Assembly (NCBI GenBank): GCA_965207065.1
Contig: OZ242260.1
Coordinates: forward strand, 192,001 to 256,000
Source: a bacterium
Lineage (GTDB): Bacteria; UBA8248
DNA: 64,000 nucleotides
Reading direction: 5' to 3'
Shown: positions 20,057 through 28,733 of the stretch, one piece after another
Layout of the letters: each line of letters begins with the position of its first letter
How positions within the stretch are numbered: the first letter of the stretch is position 1
Position numbers and translations under genes: made by a program
The notes under the pieces: model-generated
Seen by the model: only the letters and a program-made list of their open reading frames with translations
What the model was told of the DNA's origin: nothing
The model's database searches: none

Positions 20057-21019
20057 CTATTCATTACCATAGTCTGGTTCATATTCAGCCTCTCGTTCTT
20101 CTGTTTCAAAATGTTCCGTCTCCAAGCCAGCCACTTCAATTTCTGCTTGGTTTACTAAGTGAAGTTCACAAACAGCGCAGTAAAATTCTTCTGCAACAAA
20201 GCATTTCTCAACAATTTCCCACAATCCCCCCCACCAATCCTCTCCCACATCAGAGATTGCGTCTACGACAATTTCTTCTCCATATTGTATTCCCGCCATA
20301 AACGCCTTTCCTTCGCAAGCGGGACATTTCAATTCCCAATCCGCATCAGATATGAGCGTGAAAAAATCGCGATACTGAAATACGCTTTTGGTCTCGGCGT
20401 CAGCAAGGGCTTTCTCACGGTCTCGTTTATTCTTTTTCTTAAACTCATTTGCTGCATATTCGATCTTGGTCTTAACGGCATCTCTAATTGCTTCTTGAGC
20501 TTGTTTGACAATCTCTTTGGGGGCCTTAGCTCGGTCGGCTCCTAACCATTCATCTAATGAAGAAAATGATATCTCTAATATTAGTTGAATAGCATGCCAG
20601 TAATGACGCTCCCAAGCCTCTAATTTCATGTTTTGAAATGGAACTTCACCAGAATGCAATTCTGCATTTCTCCTGTGAGAAATCGCATCGCAAAACTTTT
20701 TTACATTCTCATCGAATTTCTTTGACAAGCGACGTAGCCGTTCGAATAGTGTTTTAGCTGTGATCGTCTTTATATCGGTACTAATGTTTATACCCGATGC
20801 AGCAAAAAGTGACTGGTAATGAGTAGGATCGACTATCAAACTAGGATGAATCGAAGATAGCGTAGACTTGCCCAGCAATTCGATCGAAAGCGAAGCCCAA
20901 AGCTGGTATTGATCTAAATCTCCTTGACTCTTACATCGAAGCGCCCTCTGTATATAAACTTTAGATTTTCCTAGTAACGCTTCTTTCTCTATCGCTAATT
21001 GTAGATTACCCTTTTTCAT
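20057..21019 (-). CDS. Putative HEPN-domain protein with C-terminal Zn ribbon (320 aa)
   Basis: Helical N-terminus with SIELLGK and the RxxxxH motif RRNAELH; CPAC...CAVC pair; acidic tail; ATG at 21019 overlaps the upstream stop (ATGA). Confidence 0.65.
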   Translation of the reverse strand: MKKGNLQLAIEKEALLGKSKVYIQRALRCKSQGDLDQYQLWASLSIELLGKSTLSSIHPSLIVDPTHYQSLFAASGINISTDIKTITAKTLFERLRRLSKKFDENVKKFCDAISHRRNAELHSGEVPFQNMKLEAWERHYWHAIQLILEISFSSLDEWLGADRAKAPKEIVKQAQEAIRDAVKTKIEYAANEFKKKNKRDREKALADAETKSVFQYRDFFTLISDADWELKCPACEGKAFMAGIQYGEEIVVDAISDVGEDWWGGLWEIVEKCFVAEEFYCAVCELHLVNQAEIEVAGLETEHFETEEREAEYEPDYGNE

Positions 21020-21738
21020 TGAACGTACACCCTGAGAAGTAAACGATCCGTTGTAGTATTCAACTGCTCTCCACGACCGTGGAGAACGCGCCAATTATCA
21101 ATAACAAGCACATCACCAATACACCAAGATATTTTATTGAGTTGATGCTTCTGTTTGACATAGCTGTAGAGTTCCATCGCTACTTTACTTTCTTCGTTAA
21201 TAGCCACCATACAACCAGGATCGAGGCGGATAAATTTTCGCTGAGTTGATAAAATGCTTGAATAAAAGGATCTCCGTCCATTTTTAATCAGGAATACTGA
21301 TGACTGAACTAATGTCCGTTCCTCTGGAGATAAAATTATTTCAGAAGTATCAAGTAACAACGTAGATGTAGGGATAGCCCCAGGATTGACACAACCAAGA
21401 AACATATAACGACAAGGAACGCGCCAATGACTGGTATCACAATGCAAGGGGAATGGTGCTAAACTATATCTCCCGCTTAATGAATTCGGGTTTCCCGTTT
21501 CTGCATGTCGGGGAGAGAGTTTTTCGACGACCCCAAATTTATGACGAAAGGGTTCTCCGATGCGAGAAGCAACAGTTTCCAGAAATTCTGCTAGCTCATC
21601 AGGATCGCTAATGCCAGCCGATGTCTTAGCCCAGCCTTTACGTTGTAACTCTTCGAGAAAGCTTGACTCAGAATGCTCGAACCATTCTTTTATACGCAAA
21701 CCCAATGCTAAGTTCTCACTACACATAAGAAACACCAC
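21016..21738 (-). CDS. TauD/TfdA-like 2-oxoglutarate/Fe(II) dioxygenase (compact; start 21738 or 21726)
   Basis: FPLHCDT (HxD), GDVLVIDNWRVLHGR (distal His) and RLLLRVY (2OG-binding Arg). Confidence 0.85.
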   Translation of the reverse strand: MVFLMCSENLALGLRIKEWFEHSESSFLEELQRKGWAKTSAGISDPDELAEFLETVASRIGEPFRHKFGVVEKLSPRHAETGNPNSLSGRYSLAPFPLHCDTSHWRVPCRYMFLGCVNPGAIPTSTLLLDTSEIILSPEERTLVQSSVFLIKNGRRSFYSSILSTQRKFIRLDPGCMVAINEESKVAMELYSYVKQKHQLNKISWCIGDVLVIDNWRVLHGRGEQLNTTTDRLLLRVYVQ

Positions 21739-21945
21739 CCGCTCTGGCCTGCTACACCTCGTCTATGTCGGACCGTTAATTCATTTCCAATCTCGTCCGC
21801 TCATAGCTCTGTAAAGACTGGCAACGTCCCGGATGAAATCTCTCCCTGCATGAAGGGATGTACACCCCATTTCACCACTGAAGGCTTTTGGGGTATCGAC
21901 GCGCCATGACCATTTCCTATTATGCAACTAAATTGAAAGGATTAC

Positions 21946-22290
21946 TTAGTCTGGAAATGCGCGAATGAACGTAATAACAAGAGCAACCTTCCCTAGCGGT
22001 GTTTCTACCTGCACAATTTCACCAGCAGCATCTCTAGGCAAGGAAAATTCAACCACAAACTCTATTCCGCCAGACGGTGCAAAATATCCTTGTACTAATT
22101 GGATGCCCTCTGGAATCTTGACTGTAATTTTGAAATCAAACTTCTGCTTCTCTGTATTCTACACGTAGCTTCCATCGTACTCGCCGCCTGCTGAGTCTGC
22201 TCCGATGACCATGTTAGTATCCAAAACAATGACCCCGGCACCAAATCCAGCTGAGCCTGCGTACTCAATTTTATAAAAACCTTCCCTCAC
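21946..22290 (-). pseudogene. GrlR-like beta-barrel protein with in-frame TAG at 22159-22161
   Basis: RBS AGAGGAG, GTG start; MREGFYKIEYAGSAGFGAGVIVLDTNMVIGADSAGGEYDGSYV*NTEKQKFDFKITVKIPEG...FPD* (115 codons in one frame). Not in the ORF track. Confidence 0.65.
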
Positions 22291-22549
22291 ACGAATTCTC
22301 CTCTAAGGAAACGCTAAATGAACGACCTTACGGTATCATGTCCTAATGTTCATCTACAATTTTGAACTCTTACTTTATGATAGATTAAATTGACTTAGGG
22401 GATTTTTTACTACCTCCTCAACCTCTCCGCTGAAATCCGTGATGCCAACACATGCCCCCGAAACGAGAGAAGAAACCATCCAGCTCAGAATAGCGATTGA
22501 CAAGCAACGCTTGACAGTCGACTATCACTGCATGAAGAAGAAACCCCCC

Positions 22550-22843
22550 ATGCCCATGAAGAATCCACCGCATCCCGGCAAGGTCGTGCGCGTATCGTGT
22601 CTGGAGCCGCTGGGCCTGAGCGTGACCGAAGGCGCCAGGGCGCTGGGCGTCAGCCGCCAGGCGCTCTCGAACCTGGTGAACGGGCGCGCGCGGGTGTCGA
22701 GCGAGATGGCGATTCGCCTCGCCAAAGCCTTCGGCTCGACGACGGAGACCTGGATACGCCTCCAGACGGCCTACGACATCGCCCAGGCGCTTGAGCGTGA
22801 GGATGAAATCAAGGTCGAGCGCTACGAGCCGCAACCGGCGTGA
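22550..22843 (+). CDS. higA: HigA-family antitoxin (orphan)
   Basis: [59 protein letters not shown]. Confidence 0.92.
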   Translation: MPMKNPPHPGKVVRVSCLEPLGLSVTEGARALGVSRQALSNLVNGRARVSSEMAIRLAKAFGSTTETWIRLQTAYDIAQALEREDEIKVERYEPQPA

Positions 22844-22919
22844 GGCGAGGTTATTGAAAAAGCCCCCTTTCAAGGGGTAGAAGCGATACCCCCACCCGCT
22901 CGGAGCCGATCAAACACCC

Positions 22920-23104
22920 CAAGATCCAATCTCGCTGAGGAATTACCGGGAGTTCGGTTGAGCAGAAAGCAGAACAGCAGGGTGACGATCGCCCGCGCTA
23001 GTCGGCCGCGTCCTCGCCTCGGGCGTGCGCCAGCTCGCGCGCGCTCGGGTTGACCGACGGGCGGAAGGGGACCTCGCAGACCTCGGCGCGGTCGGGCCGC
23101 CCCG
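22920..23104 (-). pseudogene. Displaced diverged copy of the 3' end (last ~35 codons plus downstream) of the 24095-25399 gene
   Basis: Direct repeat of 24017-24201 (offset 1097); encodes PDRAEVCEVPFRPSVNPSARELAHARGEDAAD*. Confidence 0.9.
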
Positions 23105-23252
23105 ACACGGCGATAAGGATTGCGAGGTTCATCCCTACGACGCGGAGAATTGGAGCCGCGTCGGGGAAATGATAGGATGGGTCGCTCCGCGAGGCTCCAT
23201 TCCAGACCCCACAAGGAAAACGGACGATGCAAAGCGTTGAGAGACTCGCGCC

Positions 23253-23747
23253 ATGAAGCCCACCGCATACATCGAAACATCGGTTATCAGCTATCTCACT
23301 GCGCGACCATCCCGCGATGTCGTGGTCGCAGCGTATCAGGAAATAACACGCGAGTGGTGGCGAGATGCGCCGGACAGATTCGCTCTCGTCGCCTCGGCGC
23401 TCGTCGTCGCGGAAGCCGGAGCGGGCGACAAGGATACGGCCCACTCCCGCATGATGGCCCTCGAAGGCGTTGCGCTTCTTGATGCAACCCTGGACGCCGA
23501 GGAACTCACCCGGAACCTGCTTGATTTCGGGACGCTTCCGCGCCAAGCCGTCGATGATGCCGCGCACATCGCCATTGCCGTTACGAATGGCGTCGATTAT
23601 CTGGTAACATGGAATTTCCGGCACATTGCGAATGCCGCAATGCGAGGCCGGATCGAGCGCGTATGCAGAGAGTCGGGTTATGAACCGCCCGTCATATGCA
23701 CGCCCAACGAACTGATGGAGGCCGACCGTGCGGACAACGCAGACTGA
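23253..23747 (+). CDS. PIN-domain (VapC-like) toxin
   Basis: AYIETSVISYL, DDAAHIAIA and DYLVTWNFRHIAN. Confidence 0.9.
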   Translation: MKPTAYIETSVISYLTARPSRDVVVAAYQEITREWWRDAPDRFALVASALVVAEAGAGDKDTAHSRMMALEGVALLDATLDAEELTRNLLDFGTLPRQAVDDAAHIAIAVTNGVDYLVTWNFRHIANAAMRGRIERVCRESGYEPPVICTPNELMEADRADNAD

Positions 23748-23922
23748 CCCCATAATCGCCGAGGTCCGGGCCGCGCGGGATGCGCACGCGGCGCGCTTCG
23801 GTTACGACGTGGCGGATATTTTCCGGGACATTCGGGCCATGCAGGACGCATCCGGTTCCGAATACGTCCGCCGTCCCGCGCGCCGCGTCACCGCCATACC
23901 CGACGATTCACCATCGCCGTAA
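23728..23922 (+). CDS. Small putative antitoxin partner of the PIN protein
   Basis: DPIIAEVRAARDAHAARFGYDVADIFRDIR, typical of small genes downstream of this PIN subfamily; overlaps the toxin stop. Confidence 0.7.
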   Translation: MRTTQTDPIIAEVRAARDAHAARFGYDVADIFRDIRAMQDASGSEYVRRPARRVTAIPDDSPSP

Positions 23923-24094
23923 TGCCCGGCGCGGACGACCGGGCGGATACGATCGAACTTCTCTTCCTCAGGAAGCTCGACACCCCTACAAAACCCTCCA
24001 TCTCCCATCACCCCCGCAAGACCCGATCTCGGTGAGGATTCGCCGGGAGTTCGGTTGAGCGGACAGCAGAACAGCAGGGTGACGATCGCCGGTG

Positions 24095-25399
24095 CTAGTC
24101 GGCCGCGTCCTCTCCCCGGGCGTGCGCCAGTTCGCGCGCGCTCGGGTTGACCGACGGGCGGAAGGGGACCTCGCAGACCTCCGCGCGGTCAGGTTTCCCC
24201 GGCTCGCCGGCATACTCGTCCGGCAGCCAGACCAGCAGCTCGGTCCCGACCGCCGACTTGCCGACCGGCACGTAACCCAGCGCGATGTTGCACCCCAGCT
24301 CCGGGGCGTGCCACGGCGAAGTCAGGTAGCCGATCGGGTCGCCTCCGCCTGTATCCGAGACCAGCCAGAAGTCGGGCGCGTAGTCGTCGATCGGCTTGCC
24401 GCCCAGCTTCATGCCCACCATCACCATCGAGAACGGCGGACGCCCCGCGTCGATCTCGTCCCGCATCCGTTCGAGGGCCGCCCGGCCGATGTAGTCGCCC
24501 TTTTTCCTGCGCGGCACCTGATAGGCCAGGTTGCACTGAAAAGGCGCCGTCTCGTGGTCGATGTCCTGCCCCCAGGAGAGGATGCCGGCCTGGATGCGGC
24601 GCTGATGGCCGGGAGCGGTGACCATGAGCCGGTGCGGTTTGCCTGCGTCAATCACCGCGCGCCAGAGCTTCTCGGCGTGCAGGGTGGCGTCGCGCAGATA
24701 GATCTCATAACCCTTCTCTCCCGAAAAGCCGGTCTGGGTGACGACCACCGGGCAGCCCGCGACCTCGCCTTCGAGGACGCCGTAGTAGGGGATGTCCCGG
24801 ACGCCCTCGCCCAGTAAGTCGACCATCAGCGCGAGCGACTTCGGCCCCTGGATCTGGAGCGGGCAGACGTCGATCTCGTTGATCTCCACGTCCATCCGCT
24901 TCCCGACGTTGACGCCTTGCAGCCAGAACAGCAGGTCGGAGTCCGCCAGCGAGAACCAGAATTCCTCCTCGGCCAGGCGCAACAGGACCGGGTCGTTCAG
25001 AATCCCGCCCTTCTCGTTGCAGAGAATGACGTACTTCGCCTGCATCGGCCGGATGCGGGTCGCGTCGCGGGTGATGACGTAGTCGACGAACCGCTCCGCA
25101 TCCGGTCCCCTGACCTGGATCTGCCGCTCGACCGCGACGTTCCAGAGCGTCACGTGGTTCGTCAGCGCCTCGTGCTCGACGGCTGCGCCGCCCGCCTCCG
25201 GCCTCACGTAGCCGCGCGGATGGTAGACGCGGTTGTAGACCGTGGCCCGCCAGCAGCCCGCCTCGTGGGAGAGATGCCAGTAGGGCGACTTCCGCACCCG
25301 CGTGGAGATGAGCATCTCCACGGGCGTCCGACCACTCTGGCGCAGGTTGACGGGAACGATTCGGTCGGACTGGTCGACGCTGTGCGGCTGGCCGCTCAT
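24095..25399 (-). CDS. Folate-binding aminomethyltransferase (GcvT/DmdA-like) family protein
   Basis: GGILNDPVLLRL, LQIQGPKS, TGFSGEKGYEIY and RRIQAGILSWGQD; RBS AGGAG before ATG 25399. Confidence 0.9.
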   Translation of the reverse strand: MSGQPHSVDQSDRIVPVNLRQSGRTPVEMLISTRVRKSPYWHLSHEAGCWRATVYNRVYHPRGYVRPEAGGAAVEHEALTNHVTLWNVAVERQIQVRGPDAERFVDYVITRDATRIRPMQAKYVILCNEKGGILNDPVLLRLAEEEFWFSLADSDLLFWLQGVNVGKRMDVEINEIDVCPLQIQGPKSLALMVDLLGEGVRDIPYYGVLEGEVAGCPVVVTQTGFSGEKGYEIYLRDATLHAEKLWRAVIDAGKPHRLMVTAPGHQRRIQAGILSWGQDIDHETAPFQCNLAYQVPRRKKGDYIGRAALERMRDEIDAGRPPFSMVMVGMKLGGKPIDDYAPDFWLVSDTGGGDPIGYLTSPWHAPELGCNIALGYVPVGKSAVGTELLVWLPDEYAGEPGKPDRAEVCEVPFRPSVNPSARELAHARGEDAAD

Positions 25400-25457
25400 G
25401 GCTTCTCCTGCTCCGCCGCGCCTTAGGACTTTCCGGCGCGGCAAACGCTCGCTCCCC

Positions 25458-25680
25458 GGGGCTGATGAAAAAGTCCTGATTTCGTGATTCGGTTCAACGA
25501 ATGTAAAGTTGTAGGGGTCGCATATATGCGACCCTGCCTTTTATGCCTGTCGACCATGGGCCGCATATATGCGGCCCCTACATGACCAATCACACCCGTT
25601 CGCGCCGAGCCGGTTTCCCCTCCACCATCGCGTGAGACTCCATACTGCCCGTAACTTGAACGGGCTTTTTCAGCAGCCCC
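25458..25680. mobile_element. MITE-like element D
   Basis: GGGGCTGATGAAAAAGTCC ... GGGCTTTTTCAGCAGCCCC; internal REP pair GTAGGGGTCGCATATATGCGACCC / GGGCCGCATATATGCGGCCCCTAC. Confidence 0.75.
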
Positions 25681-25815
25681 CTCGCGGGGCGAGTTCGCCG
25701 CCGCTACCGGGGCGTCCCCCGACTCTCGCGACCCTTGAAAATAACGCTGATTATATGCCATATATGCCGTATATGCCATGTTTCAAGGCTGACCCTTCCG
25801 ACTCCGGGGCCGGGC

Positions 25816-28407
25816 ATGCCGCGGGTCGTGACCGTCATCCGTACGGGGGGAACCGTTCTGAAAGACGCCGTCACCAGCCCAGCCGAGAGCGCTTCGCCGC
25901 CGCCGCGGGCGACGATTGCCGTGATCGGCGCCGGTATCGTCGGAAACTGCCTGGTGGGACACCTGGCGGATCTGGGGTGGGAGGACCTGCTGCTGATCGA
26001 AAAAGGGCCGCTGCCCGACCCCGGCGGTTCGACCGGCCACGCGTCGAACTTCATCTTCCCCACCGACCACAACCGCGAAATCACGATGCTGACGCTGGAG
26101 AGCCAGCGCCAGTATGCCGCGCTCGGCGTCAACACCACGTGCGGCGGCATCGAAGTGGCGCGCACGGACGCCCGCATGGAAGAGCTGCGCCGGCGGATGA
26201 CCTCGGCCCTGTGCTGGGGCATCGAGGCCGAGCTGCTCAATCCCGCCGAAGTGGTCGCCAGGGTGCCGTTCGTGAACGGTGACGTGATCCTGGGCGGCTT
26301 CTACACGCCGAGCGTCTCGGTGGTCGACCCGGTCCGGGCGGGCGCCATCATGCGCGAGGGGGCGCAGGCCAGGGGCGTGCTGACCGTACTGGAGGGCACC
26401 GAGGTCACCGGGCTCGAGGTATCGCGCCCGCCGTTCGGCCGTCCGCGGGTCCGGGCCGTGGCGACGACGCGCGGCGTGATCGAGGTGGAACAGGTGGTGA
26501 TCACGTGCGGCGTCTGGAGCCCGAGGGTCGCCGCGCTCGCCGGAGCGACCATCCCGCTCACCCCGGCGGTGCACCAGATGGCCGACATGGGATCGATCGA
26601 CCTGCTGCGAAGGACGGGAAACGAGATCGACTATCCGATCGTCCGCGACATGGACACCTTCATGTACGAGCGGCAGAGTCACGGGGCGATGGAGATCGGC
26701 TCGTACGCCCACCGCCCCATCCTGGTGCATCCCGATGACATTCCTTCCAATGCGGAGGCGGAGCGGACGCCCACCGAGCTGCCCTTCACCGGCGATGACT
26801 TCGCGCCGCAGCTCGAGCATGCCCGGGCGATCATGGGCGAATTGCTCGCCGGTTCCGAAATGCAGTATTCGGTGAACGGACTGCTGTCCCTGACCCCGGA
26901 TGCGATGCAGGTGCTGGGCGAGACCGCCGAGGTGGAGAAGCTCTGGTCGGCGGCCGCCGTCTGGATCAAGGAGGGCCCCGGCACCGCGCGCCTGATCGCC
27001 GAGTGGATCACCCACGGCTATCCGCGCCTTTGCGATCCGCACGGCTCGGACATCACGCGGTTCTACCCGCACGAGCGAACCGAGCGGCACATTCATCAGC
27101 GATGCCGCGAACACTTCAACAAGACGTACGGAATCGTGCATCCGCGTGAGCAGTGGGCGTCCGATCGCGGCATGCACCGGGCGCCGTTCCACGATCGCAC
27201 CGTGGACCTGGGCGCCGAATTCTTCGAAGCGCACGGCTGGGAGCGGCCCCAGTGGTACGCGTCGAACGAGGACCTGGTCGCCCGCTACGGCGTTCCGGAT
27301 CGTCCGCACGAATGGGATCGCCGCTGGTGGTCGCCGATCATCAACGCGGAGCATCTCCACATGCGGGAGAAAGTCGGAATCGTGGATTTGAGCGCCTTCC
27401 AGATCTTCGACGCCTCAGGCCCCGGCGTCGTGCCCTACCTGGAGCGGTTGACGGTCAACCCCTGCGACCGTCCGGTGGGCTCCTCGATCTACACCCCGCT
27501 GCTGACGCCGGACGGCGGTATCCGCGCCGATCTCACCATCCAGAGGCTGGCGGACGACCGGTTCCGCATCGTGACCGGCGTCTTCGACGGCGCGCGCGAC
27601 GAGGTCTGGTTCCGCCGCCATCTGCCCAATGACGGCTCGGTTCAGTTCGAGAACCAATCGTCGGCGTTCTGCACGATCGGGGTATGGGGGCCGGATGCCC
27701 GCGCGTTGCTCTCAGAGATTGCGGACGCCCCGCTGACGCAGGAAGCGTTTCCGTACGGGACGGTGCAGGAGGTGATTATCGACGGCGTTCCGGCGACGAT
27801 GCTGCGCATTTCCTACGTGGGCGAGAGCGGATGGGAGATCTACACGCGCACCTCGCACGGCGCGCGCCTGTGGGACGCGATCCGGGAGGCGGGCCGCGCC
27901 TTCGACGCCCGACCCGTCGGCATCGGCGTCTACGGCACAACGGGACGCCTGGAAAAGGGATACGCGCTCATGGGCGCCGATCTCACCTCCGAATACTCGC
28001 CGGTGGAGGCCGGTCTGGCTCGGCCCCGCGTGAAGGCGGCGGAATTCATCGGGAAGCAGGCCTACCTCCAGGCGCGCGACGAAGGTCCGGCGGCGAAGCT
28101 GTGTACGCTGACGGTTGATAGTCACGCCGGCGAATCCGGTGCGGAACGGTTCCCCGCCGGCGGCAGCGAACCGATCCTGACCCTTGAGGGCGAGCGCCTC
28201 GTCGACGCCCGCGGACGGGAGTCCTTCGTCACCTCGGCCGGCGCGGGACCCTCCCTCGGCCAATACCTCCTGCTGGCCTATCTGCCGATCGATCAGGCAG
28301 CGGCCGGCAACAGGTTACAGGTGCAATACATGAACGAGCGCTTCCCCGTGACCGTGGCCTCGCCCTCTGAGATGTTCGACCCCGAGGGCGCCCGCATGAA
28401 AGCATAG
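25816..28407 (+). CDS. Dimethylglycine oxidase/dehydrogenase-like flavoprotein (DAO plus GcvT domains); start uncertain
   Basis: VIGAGIVG dinucleotide fold; GGSTGHA (covalent-FAD His position of DMGO); C-terminal THF-binding ISYVGESGWEIY, RLEKGY and FDPEGARMK. Confidence 0.9.
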   Translation: MPRVVTVIRTGGTVLKDAVTSPAESASPPPRATIAVIGAGIVGNCLVGHLADLGWEDLLLIEKGPLPDPGGSTGHASNFIFPTDHNREITMLTLESQRQYAALGVNTTCGGIEVARTDARMEELRRRMTSALCWGIEAELLNPAEVVARVPFVNGDVILGGFYTPSVSVVDPVRAGAIMREGAQARGVLTVLEGTEVTGLEVSRPPFGRPRVRAVATTRGVIEVEQVVITCGVWSPRVAALAGATIPLTPAVHQMADMGSIDLLRRTGNEIDYPIVRDMDTFMYERQSHGAMEIGSYAHRPILVHPDDIPSNAEAERTPTELPFTGDDFAPQLEHARAIMGELLAGSEMQYSVNGLLSLTPDAMQVLGETAEVEKLWSAAAVWIKEGPGTARLIAEWITHGYPRLCDPHGSDITRFYPHERTERHIHQRCREHFNKTYGIVHPREQWASDRGMHRAPFHDRTVDLGAEFFEAHGWERPQWYASNEDLVARYGVPDRPHEWDRRWWSPIINAEHLHMREKVGIVDLSAFQIFDASGPGVVPYLERLTVNPCDRPVGSSIYTPLLTPDGGIRADLTIQRLADDRFRIVTGVFDGARDEVWFRRHLPNDGSVQFENQSSAFCTIGVWGPDARALLSEIADAPLTQEAFPYGTVQEVIIDGVPATMLRISYVGESGWEIYTRTSHGARLWDAIREAGRAFDARPVGIGVYGTTGRLEKGYALMGADLTSEYSPVEAGLARPRVKAAEFIGKQAYLQARDEGPAAKLCTLTVDSHAGESGAERFPAGGSEPILTLEGERLVDARGRESFVTSAGAGPSLGQYLLLAYLPIDQAAAGNRLQVQYMNERFPVTVASPSEMFDPEGARMKA

Positions 28408-28471
28408 CAGCCCGAGGTACCGCACGGCCCGGCCACCGCAGGAAGCGTCCCGGAGGGTCGGCTCCGCGCGG

Positions 28472-28507
28472 GGATGAAATCGAGGTCGAGCGCTACGAGC
28501 CGCAACC
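28472..28507 (+). repeat. 36-bp copy of the higA 3' end (22801-22836)
   Basis: GGATGAAATC(A/G)AGGTCGAGCGCTACGAGCCGCAACC, 35/36 identical. Confidence 0.9.
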
Positions 28508-28517
28508 CCCCTTGTCA

Positions 28518-28730
28518 GGGGTGTTGAAAAAGCCCGCAATGCCGGTATGACGGCAACGGGATACCGCCTTGCCGGAGGGAGTGTAGGGGTCGCATACATG
28601 CGACCCGCATGCCACGAACGGGAAGGGCCGCATAATATGTCGGACATATATGTCCGACCTACAACAGAAACGACATTAACGCCGGTATGACGGTGGTTTT
28701 CCCGCATTAAGGGTCTTTTTCAACAACCCC
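28518..28730. mobile_element. MITE-like element E
   Basis: GGGGTGTTGAAAAAGCCC ... GGGTCTTTTTCAACAACCCC; interior nearly identical to 55105-55204. Confidence 0.78.
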
Positions 28731-28733
28731 TCA

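Noticed and set aside
22159-22161. Pyrrolysine or recoded TAG in the GrlR-like gene
   Set aside because: TAG is used as a normal stop by many genes here and no pyl context is visible; a nonsense mutation is simpler.
22998-23753. 251-aa minus-strand ORF ending like the GcvT-like protein
   Set aside because: It is the antisense of the PIN gene fused by chance to the duplicated 3' fragment.
24095-25399. Naming this gene gcvT or dmdA
   Set aside because: The family is clear, but gcvH/gcvP are absent and the N-terminus does not let me assign DmdA; phylogeny is needed.
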